DNA of 64,000 nucleotides from an uncultured Planctomycetota bacterium (lineage in GTDB: Bacteria > Planctomycetota > Planctomycetia > Isosphaerales > Isosphaeraceae). Position 1 is the stretch's first letter. The number at the start of each line of letters is the position of its first letter. The stretch lies in the NCBI GenBank assembly GCA_963845755.1, contig CAWJTV010000012.1, forward strand, positions 96,001 to 160,000. The letters are read 5' to 3'. Shown piece after piece: positions 22,858 through 32,939 of this stretch. The notes under the pieces are model-generated. The model did not search any database. It saw nothing but the letters and a program-made list of their open reading frames with translations, and had not been told where the DNA came from. The translations under genes were made by a program, and so were the position numbers.

Positions 22858-25362
22858 CTAATGGTTAAACAGAAACTCCTTGGAGTTGAGCAAGGCCCAG
22901 AATAGGTCCTGGGCCCCAGCGGACCGAGTCGGAGCCTCCGACAGGATCGTTTTCGCTCGTGTCGTCTCGGCGGCCGAGGGAGTCCGGTTGAACGTGAGAA
23001 GATAAAGACGGCTGATGAGGGCCGGTTCGGGGAGCTTGGGGTCCCGGAGCAGCCTCGCCAACCGACCATCGGGCTGGAGCAGCTTGCGATTCAGGAGATC
23101 GCCATTCATCAGGTGGAGGGCCTGGCTGAGATTCGGGTCGCCCGACCGCTCGCACTCACAGGCGATGGCGCGGACGGGCCGACCGAACGTATCGAGGAAG
23201 TAAGACGCATAGTTGGTATCCGGCAGTGCGATGGCGCGCGTCCCGGAGGGAAGCTTGGGAAACTTCTCCAGTGTCCCGGTGGCGGCATCGATCGCATCGA
23301 GCAACTGCTCGGCGGTCAGTCGCTTGATGGTGTAGTGGGTGAAGAAGGTCGAGTCGAGCCGGTTGTCGGGTGTGGGCATCGCGCTGAGTTGATAGACCCG
23401 GCTGGTCAGGATCTGCCGCAAGAGGGCTTTCAGATTGTAGCCGGAGTCGATGAAGGATCCGGCCAGCGCGTCCAGCAGAGCCGGGTTGGACGGGGGGTTG
23501 GTCTCGCGGAGGTCGTCGATTGGGTTGACGAGTCCCCGGCCCATCAAGTAGCCCCAATAACGGTTGGCCACATTACGGGCCAGCCAGCGTGGGTTCCGGA
23601 CAGTCAACCATTTCGCCAGCGCTCGACGGCGGTCGACCGGGTCGTCGGCCGGAGCATCACCGAGGGGGCGCGGGGCCATCTTCTTGCCGGTCCGCGGCTG
23701 GAAGACTTCTCCGTCCTTGGCGACGTAGACGACCTGCTCGCCACCGAACAGGCCGAAATCGTCGCTCCGCTTCGAACGCACCCGGGCGAAATAGGCAGCT
23801 AGGCTGTAGTAATCATCCTGGCCGTACGATTCAAACGGATGATGGTGGCACTTGGCACATTGGAGTCGCACCCCCATGAAGACCTGGGCGGTCGTCTCGG
23901 CGAGGTCCGCGGGACTCCTGGCGACCCGATAATAGTTCGCCGGACCGCTACGGAAGATCGAGCCCTGCGCCGTGATCAGCTCGTCGACCATCTGGTCAAC
24001 CGGCTTGTTCGACGAAAACGACTCACGGAGCCAGAGGTTGAACGCCAGCATCCCCTGGGCTCCGAGCTTCTGGGAGTCGATGCGCAGCAAGTCGCCCCAC
24101 TTGAGCGTCCAGAAGTCCGCGTATTCGGGTCGATCGAGCAGCCGATCCACAAGACGGATTCGTTTCTCGGGATCGCGATCGGCCAGGAAGTCTTCGACCT
24201 CGTCCGGAGTTGGGGTCGTTCCGATCGTGTCGAGCATGGCGCGGCGGAGGAATTCGGCGTCGGAACAAGGAGGCGACGGGACGAGCCCCAGTTCCCGCCA
24301 CTTGCCCGCGGATCGTGCATCCAGGATGTTGGTCGAGGTGAATGCAAACGGCTTTTCGGGACCGAACGGGACCGTGAGCCGGGCCATCGCCGGCAGGCCC
24401 TGGTACCGGACCATGACGTTGGCTTCGCCCCGGCCGATCGTCTTGGCCACGCCCGAGGGCCGCACGGTGGCCACGGCCTCGTTGAGAGTGTCGAATCGGG
24501 CGTCGGCGGTCACGTCGCGTTCGATACCGTTGCTAAAGATCGCCATGACGGTCAGGTGTTGCTCCTCACCAGGCTCCATCACCCGTTGCGTGGGATACAC
24601 CTTCAGGCCGACAACCCGCGGGTCGTCCTCGATCGGTCCCGGAACACCGTTTTCGAGCCAGAGGGTCAGGAGGCGATAGGCGGCAGAACCGGCGTCCATC
24701 TTCTTGCCGCCGCCGTGCGCCACGGCGAGGGTCGGCTTGAGCAGGATCAAGCTTTCCTCGGGAGCAAACGGCGTGACCCGACGCGCCTCGGCGCTCTTGA
24801 CGATCGCCGTGTAATCGGCCTCCGGCTCGAAGCCCAGCAGCGAGAGTTTGAATCCCCCCTTGCCGTGCTGAGCACCATGGCAAACGCCCTGGTTGCAGCC
24901 CAACTTGGTCAGCCGCGGCTCGATCTCATTACGGAAACTGACCTGCCGTGGCCGGGAAACTCCGCTCACCTCGACGGGAATGCGCGCGATCGCCGAACCC
25001 GCTCGCACGACCAGGTCAACCGTTCCATCGGCCAATGGTCGGATCGTACGGTCGGGCGCGATCGTCACCCGACCCGGCTTCGAGGCCGCGATCCGAGCCT
25101 CGGCGGTGAGGTCTCGCTCCGAACGGTCGGCCGCAACGCCGAGAACGACCAGGCGCTGGGTCGCCTCGGGACCGAAGAGCCGAACCTTTCCCGGGTAGAC
25201 CTCAAGACGCTGGACCGGCCTCGCTGCGCCTCGAGTCTCGGCACTTCGAGCGGCCTGTGCACCGATCAGGCAGACTGCGAGCGTCACCCCAGCCCAGGCT
25301 AATTGAACCGGCGCCGATCCATAGCGGGCTATCGAGAGACGGAGGAACGACGTCGGCGTCAT
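22858..25362 (-). CDS. DUF1549/DUF1553 (PSCyt2/PSD1) protein with Ig-like domains
   Basis: 'GCNQGVCHG', 'CAKCHHHPF', 'NRYWGYLMGRGLVNPIDD', terminal 'WALLNSKEFLFNH'. Confidence 0.92.
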   Translation of the reverse strand: MTPTSFLRLSIARYGSAPVQLAWAGVTLAVCLIGAQAARSAETRGAARPVQRLEVYPGKVRLFGPEATQRLVVLGVAADRSERDLTAEARIAASKPGRVTIAPDRTIRPLADGTVDLVVRAGSAIARIPVEVSGVSRPRQVSFRNEIEPRLTKLGCNQGVCHGAQHGKGGFKLSLLGFEPEADYTAIVKSAEARRVTPFAPEESLILLKPTLAVAHGGGKKMDAGSAAYRLLTLWLENGVPGPIEDDPRVVGLKVYPTQRVMEPGEEQHLTVMAIFSNGIERDVTADARFDTLNEAVATVRPSGVAKTIGRGEANVMVRYQGLPAMARLTVPFGPEKPFAFTSTNILDARSAGKWRELGLVPSPPCSDAEFLRRAMLDTIGTTPTPDEVEDFLADRDPEKRIRLVDRLLDRPEYADFWTLKWGDLLRIDSQKLGAQGMLAFNLWLRESFSSNKPVDQMVDELITAQGSIFRSGPANYYRVARSPADLAETTAQVFMGVRLQCAKCHHHPFESYGQDDYYSLAAYFARVRSKRSDDFGLFGGEQVVYVAKDGEVFQPRTGKKMAPRPLGDAPADDPVDRRRALAKWLTVRNPRWLARNVANRYWGYLMGRGLVNPIDDLRETNPPSNPALLDALAGSFIDSGYNLKALLRQILTSRVYQLSAMPTPDNRLDSTFFTHYTIKRLTAEQLLDAIDAATGTLEKFPKLPSGTRAIALPDTNYASYFLDTFGRPVRAIACECERSGDPNLSQALHLMNGDLLNRKLLQPDGRLARLLRDPKLPEPALISRLYLLTFNRTPSAAETTRAKTILSEAPTRSAGAQDLFWALLNSKEFLFNH

Positions 25363-25520
25363 TGTGGTGGCTCCTTCGGGAACGATCGCGGAGTGCCGGC
25401 GACCTCATGCGGATGGTGTGTGTTTCCCTACCGTCGCCAGAGCGCCTTCTCTTACCGAGGTTGGAAGGAATCCTCAATCATGTTCAGAAGGTCATGCGCC
25501 GGGTAGCCGGACCTACGACC

Positions 25521-25535
25521 CATTGTTTAACAATG
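25521..25535. promoter_or_regulatory. Palindromic operator candidate CATTGTT-T-AACAATG
   Basis: Perfect 7-1-7 AT-rich inverted repeat in the divergent intergenic region upstream of the DUF1549 operon. Confidence 0.5.
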
Positions 25536-25792
25536 ATTGTTTTTTCCTCCAAACGCAAGGCTCTGCCGCTACAAATCCTATTGGGGCAACATCAACCCCG
25601 ACGTAGCGCTGTCTTTCCCGGCCGAGTCTCGCAATTCGTCGAGCTGGAACGCCTGAACTAACGGATCATTTCTGGTACAGGAACCCAGTGATGGCTGGTT
25701 CCTGTCGCCCTGAGATTGGCGCCTTGTGGGCACCTCGCTTTTCGAACTATCATGGGACGAAGGAATGAATCTCCTTCTCGTGAGGACCAGCC

Positions 25793-27868
25793 ATGATGCG
25801 CGTCGCTCGTCTTTCCTTCGCGCTCGCTTTGCTCGTGTGCGTACGCACCGGCGTAATGGCCCAGCAGTATGCCGACCCCGAGTTCGATGCGAAGGTCGAT
25901 CGCCCGGCCTTTACGGACCGACATCCGCTGGTGCTCATCGACGGGGCCCATCATAACTTCCACACTGCGACCGGGCGTTACAAGCCGTTCGCCGACCTAC
26001 TCAAGAGCGACGGTTACCTCGTCGAGCCAAACAAGCGGAAGTTCACGTCCGAGGCGCTGAAGGGGTGCGCGGTCCTCGTAGTGGCGAACGCCCAGGGGCG
26101 CCGGCGATGAGGAACCCGGCGGCGGCGAACCCCGCGTTCGAGCCGGCCGAATGCGATGCCGTCCACGACTGGGTCCGGTCGGGGGGATGCCTCCTGCTCG
26201 TCGCCGACCATCATCCGTGGGGCCTCTCGAGCGAACGATTGGCGGCGCGGCTTGGTGTGGATATGGGGAAGAGCACGACCTATGACCCGGGCAATTCGGA
26301 GACCCGCATGCCCGGGCTATTGAACTTCAGCCGCGTGAATGGACTGATCGGCGACCACCCGATCCTCAGGGGCCGGGACGGTGCGGAGCGCATCGATCGA
26401 ATCCTCGCGTTCACCGGCCAGTCGCTCAAGGGGCCCGAGGGCGCGGTCGCACTGCTTCCCCTTTCCCGGTCGGCCGTCGACCAGCCTCGTCCGGAAGTCC
26501 CGGGCCGCGAGGGATCGGCTGCCGGACGTGCCCAGGGGCTGGCGTTCACGCTGGGTCGGGGCCGCGTCGTCGTGCTGGGGGAGGCCGCGATGCTCTCGGC
26601 ACAGATCAACGGCCGCCGCCCCGTTGGTATGAACGTCCCGGGGACGAATAACCGGCAGTTCGCGCTTAACGTCATGCACTGGCTCTCGGGCGAGGACTTC
26701 CCCGCGTATGGGGAGACCATCGCTGGCAATCCGAAGTCGAAGCCCCCGGGGAATGCCGGCGCCGCGAACGCACCGACCCATCCGCTCTCTTCGGCCGAGA
26801 TCGCCGCGGAGTCGGAACCCTCGATCGCCCTGATCACGGGGGGTGATGGATCGGTCGGCACCGGCTTCCTCGTCCGCCCCGACATCCTCGCGACGAACGC
26901 GCACGTGATCGACGGCGCATTCCTGACCTACGTGCGCGTGCGGTTCCCCTCCGCCGAGAAGCCGCAGCAAGGCCCCTTCCCCGCCGAGCTGCTCTACGAA
27001 GACACGCGCCGCGACCTCGCGTTCCTGAGGGTGAAGTCGGCGCTCCCACCGCTCCGCGTTGCCCCGACCTACAAGTTCCGCAAGGGCGAGGACGTCACCG
27101 CGATCGGCAACCCCGGCGCGGGGGGCGAGCTGATCCTCGAGAACGCCATCAGCCGCGGGCTCATGAGCACCAGGACCTCGCTGGAAGGCCAGCGATATTA
27201 TCAACTCTCGATCGCGGTCAACCCGGGCAATTCTGGCGGCCCGGTGTTCAACTCCTATGGCGCGGTCATCGGCGTGGTGACGCGCAAGAGTGTGGAACAG
27301 GAGGCGCTGGCGTTCTGCATCCCGGTCGAGGACCTCAACCTCGCGATCGAGAAGGTGGTCTCCTTTCCCCAGGATGCGATCGACCGGGAGCAGTCGCAGC
27401 ACCGCCTGATCTTGACGGTGAAAGAGCTCGGTGGCGGCGGGGCGCTCTGACTGCTCGGCGTTGACCTACCGGCGGAGCAATGCAACGGCCGACGCGAAAG
27501 ATCGGCAGCCGGCCACGTATTACGACGCGGCCATCAACCACCTCGAAAGGCAGACATTCCCCAGGCTGAGGGAGGAACTCGGCCGGGTCCGCGGCGATGT
27601 TCACGTTCCCCAGTCGCAGCGCGAGAAGATCGGTCAGCTCGCCGACAACCTCGAAAAACTCAAAGGACTCTACGCGGCCGACAACCGAACCAAGGGGGGA
27701 AACGACCCGCTTTCGAATCTGAGGTCCACGCATCGCCGGTTGCTCATCGAGCTATGTAAATCGCTAAAGCTCGAGGTCCCCCTCAACGTCCTCTTCTCGC
27801 TGGGAGACCCTTTGGAATCGGGCAACAACAAAGGCTCGTCGAAAGACAGCTCAACTCCGAAGAAGTGA
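25793..27868 (+). CDS. Secreted DUF4350/GATase-like domain + trypsin-like serine protease fusion; indels near 26100 and 27449
   Basis: 'LIDGAHHNFHT..GRYKPFA' N-domain; triad motifs TNAHV, RDLA, GNSGGP; 'ctc tga ctg' reads 'L-Y-C' if one G is removed. Confidence 0.75.
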
Positions 27869-28021
27869 TGGAACGAAGCTCGAGAACGACGCGACGGGCA
27901 CTCCTGGCCAGCCTACGGCATCCGGCCCAGTCGTGATGGGAATCGTCTCGTTGGCCGGCAGCGAGACGTCGAGCCGTTCCATTGGATCGAATTGTTGGCT
28001 TCGACCGACGCGGGTAGTCGG

Positions 28022-28961
28022 TCAGTGTGTGATCACAAGTTTCGGCAGTGATTCCTGGAGTCTTAGCACTCCGGCATCGGTCACATGTGTGCCTTCGAGA
28101 TATAACTTCCGGAGGTTGGTCAGCCCTTTCACGTGATCCAGACCGGCATCGCTGATCGTTGTTCCCGTGATGGATAGCTCCCGGAGGTTGGTCAGTCCTG
28201 TCAGGTGAGTGGGTCCGACATCGGTGATCCGAGTGCGGTCAAGGGACAGCTCTCTGAGGCTGGTCATGGCCTCGAGATGTTTCATTCCGGCGTCGCCGAC
28301 CTGCGTTCCTCCGAGGTGGAGGCGCTGGAGGTTGGTCATCCCTCTGAAGGCGACGAGTCCCGCATCCGTGATACTCGTCTGGAGCAGGTTCAGGAATTCG
28401 AGGCGGGTCAAGCCCTGCAAATGCCTGAGCCCGGCATCAGTGATCTTGACGTTGAAGAGGTCCAGCCATTCGAGACTCGTCAAGGGCTCGAGGTGTTTCA
28501 TCCCCTCGTCGGTGATGGGCGCCGCTTCGAGGCCTAGCAACTTCAGCCGATCCAGGCCCTCGAGGTAGGCCAGGCCCGCATCGGTCACCTGTGATCCGTT
28601 AAGGCTCAGTTGCTCCAGGCGGCCGAGAGACCCGGCGACGTGGCTCAACTCGGCATCGGTTGACTGCGGGCCGCCCAGTCCGACCGAGACGACGTCGCCG
28701 AAGAAGTCCCGACCCACGCGTTCCACCAGCCATCGCGGCCACCAAGGCTCGGCGTTCGAGGCCGGCCGGCCGTTTTGCATTTCCCATTCATACCAGTAGT
28801 GGCCGCCCGCTCGTTCGATCGCGATCACCGCCGCCGCGTTGAACCCGCGCCCGATGGACCATCCAGCCCAGAACCGCGCCAATAATCAGCACGAGGAGAA
28901 TCAACGCTCGCACGCTGACGCGTATGTAACTCCACCAGCGTCGTGAGAGGGGTTGGTCCAT
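28022..28961 (-). CDS. Leucine-rich repeat protein with N-terminal membrane anchor; frameshift near 28835
   Basis: About eight 24-aa LRRs 'LxxLxLxxTxITDAGL'; N-terminus 'IRVSVRALILLVLIIGAVLGW' in ORF 28788-29027. Confidence 0.85.
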
Positions 28962-29094
28962 GACGAGCCTTCTGCGTCGGCGGATTCGAAATCTCAGATT
29001 CCGGATACGTGATTCCGGGTCTCCCAACTCTTCATATTACAAAAGTCGGAGGCGGACCTCAACTGGCTTGTTGAGAGTCTTCTCGGGGCGTCGC

Positions 29095-30228
29095 TCATCG
29101 GAACGAGATCCGATCGTTGCAGAAACGTTTCAGCTTATCCTGGTCGATCTCGACGCCCAGACCGGGGCGGGACGGGATCGTCAGAAGCCCCTGATCGTCG
29201 AGGTGGAAGGGTTCGGCGGTGAGCTCATCGATATAAGGGCTTGGGGTCAGGTACTCGACGTAGCGGGCAACGGGGATGGCGGCGGAGAGCTGGAGATCCG
29301 CCGCAAGGCCGACGACGGTGTTCCAGCCGTGGGGGACGACCTGGACGTTATGGTCGTATGCCAGCCAGGCGATGCGCCGGGATTCGCTCAGCCCGCCGTT
29401 CTTGGTGCAATCGGGCTGGAGAATGTCGACGGCGCGGTTTTCGATCCAGGGCCGAAACGATTGCCGGCGCGTCAGAACCTCTCCGCCGGCGATCGGCACG
29501 GGAGAGACCCGCGTCAAGGCGATGTATCCGTCGAGGTCATCCGGCGGTAGCGGCTCCTCGAACCATGTGATTCCGAAGTCGGCGAGCATCTCCGCCGTAT
29601 TGCGAGCCCAGTTCGTCCCGTGTGGCCAGAACTGCTCGCTGCCGCCGGCGTCGACCATCAACTCGACGGAGTCGCCGACGGCCCGGCGGGCCGTCCTCAC
29701 TAGCAGTTCGTCGAACGCGCGGTCACGCCTCCCGAACGGCCGCCAGCCGACCTTGATCGAGCGGAATCCTCGCGATACGACCTCGGAGAGCCTCCGCGCA
29801 AGCGGCTCCGGCTCGTCGAAGAGGATGGAGGCGTAAGGGCGGATTGTCCGCCGATAATCGCCCCCGAGGAGTCGCGAGACAGGCTGACCGCAGGCTTTTC
29901 CCATCAGGTCCCAGAGCGCGATGTCGATTCCACTGATCGCATGCTCGACCGATCCCCCTCGCCCTTGCCAGAAGGCCGCCTGCCGTAACGACTCCGAGAC
30001 CCGCTCCGGTTCGACGGCCGATTGTCCTCTCAGGAGCGGCCAGATCAGCTCCACGGCCCCGGCGACCAGGCGGCCCGAGGTGAAACAGCTCCCGAAACCT
30101 TCGAGGCCCTCGTCCGTCCTCAGGATGAGGAGGGTGTGCAGGTTCTCCTGCAACTCGAGTCCCTCCGGCCAGCCTCCATCCACGGCCGCCCCGCTCAATG
30201 GGCAGACCTCAATCGATCGGATGCTCAT
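29095..30228 (-). CDS. Mandelate racemase/muconate lactonizing enzyme (enolase superfamily)
   Basis: 'ISGIDIALWDLMGK', 'LMVDAG', 'WFEEP', 'AGGE', 'LQPD' and 'PHGW' motifs. Confidence 0.92.
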   Translation of the reverse strand: MSIRSIEVCPLSGAAVDGGWPEGLELQENLHTLLILRTDEGLEGFGSCFTSGRLVAGAVELIWPLLRGQSAVEPERVSESLRQAAFWQGRGGSVEHAISGIDIALWDLMGKACGQPVSRLLGGDYRRTIRPYASILFDEPEPLARRLSEVVSRGFRSIKVGWRPFGRRDRAFDELLVRTARRAVGDSVELMVDAGGSEQFWPHGTNWARNTAEMLADFGITWFEEPLPPDDLDGYIALTRVSPVPIAGGEVLTRRQSFRPWIENRAVDILQPDCTKNGGLSESRRIAWLAYDHNVQVVPHGWNTVVGLAADLQLSAAIPVARYVEYLTPSPYIDELTAEPFHLDDQGLLTIPSRPGLGVEIDQDKLKRFCNDRISFR

Positions 30229-30478
30229 CGCGGACTCCCCGTTGCGCCTCGGGCCGTTGATTCCCGGAACAACTCGAACGAAGCCTTCCATCCGAGAATC
30301 ATACCGACTCCGGGTGGGATCTCCAGAAGGACTAGAGGTCGCGTGACGCGTCTCTAACGCCGGGCGCGCCGTTGCTACCGTGCCGCACATCCATTAACCT
30401 GGTATCGTGTGGGAGCCGCCCGATTCTCGTCAGAAGTCCTGCCACGGCCGGTAATATCGGGGTCCGGTCAAGGAGAGA

Positions 30479-30507
30479 TTGACGCAAAACGGCTTATGGT
30501 TTAGAGT
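30479..30507 (+). promoter_or_regulatory. sigma70-type promoter of tRNA-Ser
   Basis: TTGACG (30479-84), 17-bp spacer, TAGAGT (30502-07), 11 bp before the tRNA. Confidence 0.6.
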
Positions 30508-30518
30508 TAGATAGTCTC

Positions 30519-30605
30519 GGAGAGGTGACCGAGAGGCCGAAGGTGCGGCACTGGAAATGCCGTGTGGTGTCACAGCCACCGTGGGTTCGAATCCCACCCT
30601 CTCCG
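30519..30605 (+). tRNA. tRNA-Ser (anticodon GGA); CCA not encoded
   Basis: Acceptor GGAGAGG/CCTCTCC, anticodon arm CGGCA-CTGGAAA-TGCCG, long variable arm, T-arm GTGGG-TTCGAAT-CCCAC, discriminator G. Confidence 0.97.
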
Positions 30606-30623
30606 CTTGTTAGTGATTAGAAT

Positions 30624-30669
30624 GCCGGGTGTTAAGTCGCGATCCTCGCGGCTGCCGCCCGGCTTTTTT
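30624..30669 (+). terminator. Rho-independent terminator downstream of the tRNA
   Basis: GCCGGG...CCCGGC stem with inner AGTCGCGA/TCGCGGCT pairing, followed by T6. Confidence 0.65.
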
Positions 30670-30670
30670 C

Positions 30671-30763
30671 CTGGCTTAATCGCCCTGGCTTAATCCGCTG
30701 GCTTAAAGCGGGTCGGTGGAAGGTAGGCCAGGACGAACCCGCTGGGCGGCACCGTTGGCTTAA
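30671..30763 (+). repeat. Four direct copies of YTGGCTTAA (30671, 30685, 30698, 30755)
   Basis: Read directly from the sequence; clustered just 3' of the tRNA. Confidence 0.75.
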
Positions 30764-31078
30764 GTATCAAGCCTTGGAAGTGGGCGGCGGATCGCGCTAT
30801 CGCCGATACCCCATGTCAAAGCGCTGTGCTGGTTCAGCGTGAAATGGAGAAACCGGGGTCGGGAGACAAGGTAGAGTGCACATCGGAACAGGCGGCGTCG
30901 ATTTGCCGCCTTGGTGCCAATCCCGAAAGGGAAAGACAGGGCGGAATCGTGCCGCCCCCCCTTCGGTCTTGGCCCCCGGGTCGGCGCTCGGGTCGTGTCG
31001 CCACGGAGCCCTATCCTCCGCCCGGGTCACTCTCCAGCATAGGGTCGTCGAACGATGCGGACAACGGCTCGGCGGCGA

Positions 31079-32047
31079 TCAGCTCGCCGGCCGACTCGCT
31101 TCGCGCGCGGCTCGCCTCCGTTCACGCGCGGCCTCCAGCTTGCGGTCGCGCTCGGCGAAGATCGCCCGATCGCGACCGGCCAGCTTGTCCGCCGGCGCGA
31201 TGTAGCCGATCGCGCTGTGCAATCGGACCTCGTTGTAATGCGCCACGAACTCCCTGACGAGGCGCCGCGCGTCCTCCAGGCTCAACGGCACCTTGACCCG
31301 GATGCATTCGCCCTTGAGCGTCTTGTGCCACCTCTCGATCTTCCCGTTGCTCTGGGGATAATAGGGTGATGTCCTCACGTGAGTCATCCCGCAGATCCTG
31401 ATGAATTCCTTGAAGTCCTTGGCGATGAACTGCGGGCCGTTGTCGGAGATGATCCGGGGCCGCTCGCCGGGGAAGCGCTCGCGGGCCCGCTGGATGATCG
31501 TCTCCACCTCGGCCTCGGTCATGCTCTCGCGGATCTCCCAGTGGACGATGAACCGGCTGCAGCCGTCGAGGAGGCCGCAGAGGTAGAAGGACGTGCCGGC
31601 GACGTTGATGTACGAGATATCGACGTGCCAGTGCTCGTGGGGCCGCAGCGGCTGATGGAAGCCCTTGCCCTTGAGCGATGGTTTGCTGCTATGTGCCCTC
31701 ATCAATCCGGCGTCGCGGAGGACGCGGTAGACGCTCGACGGGCTGACGGCGACCAGGTCGGCGTCGAGCATCATGAAGGCGAGCCGCCGGTAGCCCTCCA
31801 GCGGATGGTCGGCATGGAATTCGAGGATGGCCGCCTTCTCCCAGGGCTCGAGCCACCAGTCGCGGGGCACGGTGGCGTTGTGCTCGTTGGCCGAGCCGTA
31901 GCGCGCCTTCCAGTCGTGGAACTTGCTGGCGGCGATGCCCAGCCAGCCGATGAGTCGCCGCATCCGCATCTCGGTGCGGCCGGCCCAGTGGCGGACGAAG
32001 TCGACGATCGAGTCGCGGGTGTCGTGGGGGACCCAGGCCCCGGTCAG
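31079..32047 (-). CDS. IS3 transposase OrfB (rve DDE), probably via -1 programmed frameshift
   Basis: 'WHVDISY', 'ISDNGPQF', 'PQSNGKIERWH' and 'YNEVRLHSAIGY' motifs. Confidence 0.92.
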   Translation of the reverse strand: MTGAWVPHDTRDSIVDFVRHWAGRTEMRMRRLIGWLGIAASKFHDWKARYGSANEHNATVPRDWWLEPWEKAAILEFHADHPLEGYRRLAFMMLDADLVAVSPSSVYRVLRDAGLMRAHSSKPSLKGKGFHQPLRPHEHWHVDISYINVAGTSFYLCGLLDGCSRFIVHWEIRESMTEAEVETIIQRARERFPGERPRIISDNGPQFIAKDFKEFIRICGMTHVRTSPYYPQSNGKIERWHKTLKGECIRVKVPLSLEDARRLVREFVAHYNEVRLHSAIGYIAPADKLAGRDRAIFAERDRKLEAARERRRAAREASRPAS

Positions 32048-32352
32048 AGTTCCCCAATCTCTTTTTTTAGTTTGATATGTTCCTCCATCAATTCGGCGAC
32101 GACCTCGTTCTTGCGCTGGAGCTTATCGCGCAGGGCGGCGATTGTCCGCTGGAGGTGGCCGTCGGTGGTGGCATTCTTGCGCTCGAAGGCGGCAGGGCCG
32201 TTCTCGAAGAACTGCTTCTGCCAGACGTAGAACAGCGTGGGCGAGAGTTGGTGCTCGTCGCAGAGGTCAGAGACGGGGACGTGGTCGATCAGGTGCCGCC
32301 GCAGGATGGCGACCTTCCCGACGGGCGTATAGTTCTTGCGAGGCTTTCGCAT
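32044..32352 (-). CDS. IS3 transposase OrfA (HTH)
   Basis: HTH 'VSDLCDEHQLSPTLFYVWQKQF' and leucine zipper; ends at slippery A7G (about 32061-32068). Confidence 0.88.
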   Translation of the reverse strand: MRKPRKNYTPVGKVAILRRHLIDHVPVSDLCDEHQLSPTLFYVWQKQFFENGPAAFERKNATTDGHLQRTIAALRDKLQRKNEVVAELMEEHIKLKKEIGEL

Positions 32353-32422
32353 GGCGAGACTCCTGCCGAGTTATCATATAACTCGGGTGGGGCGTCTCTC
32401 CATTTCCGTCTGAAGCAAGACA

Positions 32423-32775
32423 TCGCCGCCTGGCGCCTGGCCCGAAGGGTTTTCCCCGACGAAGGTGAAGACCACCAGTGCGTTCACGTGATCGTGGCCG
32501 CGTGGGCATGGATCGCCGGTTCCGCAATGGCCCTGGGGTCCAGCGGGGCCCTTACGGGTATCGCGTTGATGGCCACGGTCGCCATCTCAGTGGGTCTGGT
32601 CATCTACAAGGGTCGCCGAGTCGGAAAGGACAAAACGGACGGGACGCCCCCCGGCGATCGGGCCGACCTCGCCTGCCAGATCGTGAAATACCTGTTCTTA
32701 GCTTACTTTGTAGTTTTTGTACTAAAGAAAACAGACGTTTGGTTTACCACCGAGCAGAGGTGGTCATGCGGATAG
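32423..32775 (+). pseudogene. 3' remnant of a small membrane protein gene truncated by IS3
   Basis: Hydrophobic segments begin at the IS end with no start codon. Confidence 0.4.
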
Positions 32776-32939
32776 GAGCTACGCGGGGGTGTCAGCTCCT
32801 CGACCTCAGCGTGGCCGAGTCGCCGCCGGGAATAGAAAAGGTGACCTATAAATCAACCTTTACAGGAAATGGGTCAGCACGAAGAGTTCTTCGACCTGTC
32901 AGGAGCCAGCCCTCTTTCCCTTGCCTTCGATGCCTCTAG

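Larger units (their letters stand above)
30825..32422 (-). mobile_element. IS3-family insertion sequence
   Basis: TG...CA ends with imperfect IRs TGTGCTGGTTCAGCGTGAAATGGAGA vs TGTCTTGCTTCAGACGGAAATGGAGA; orfA/orfB; no clear target duplication. Confidence 0.9.

Noticed and set aside
25742..25760. TCGAACTATCATGGGACG, similar to the 39908 core
   Set aside because: One base shorter, no right arm and no promoter part; probably chance.
27448..27450. TGA within the protease gene as selenocysteine or readthrough
   Set aside because: The continuation is in another frame and is explained by a 1-bp insertion (TAC read as TGAC).
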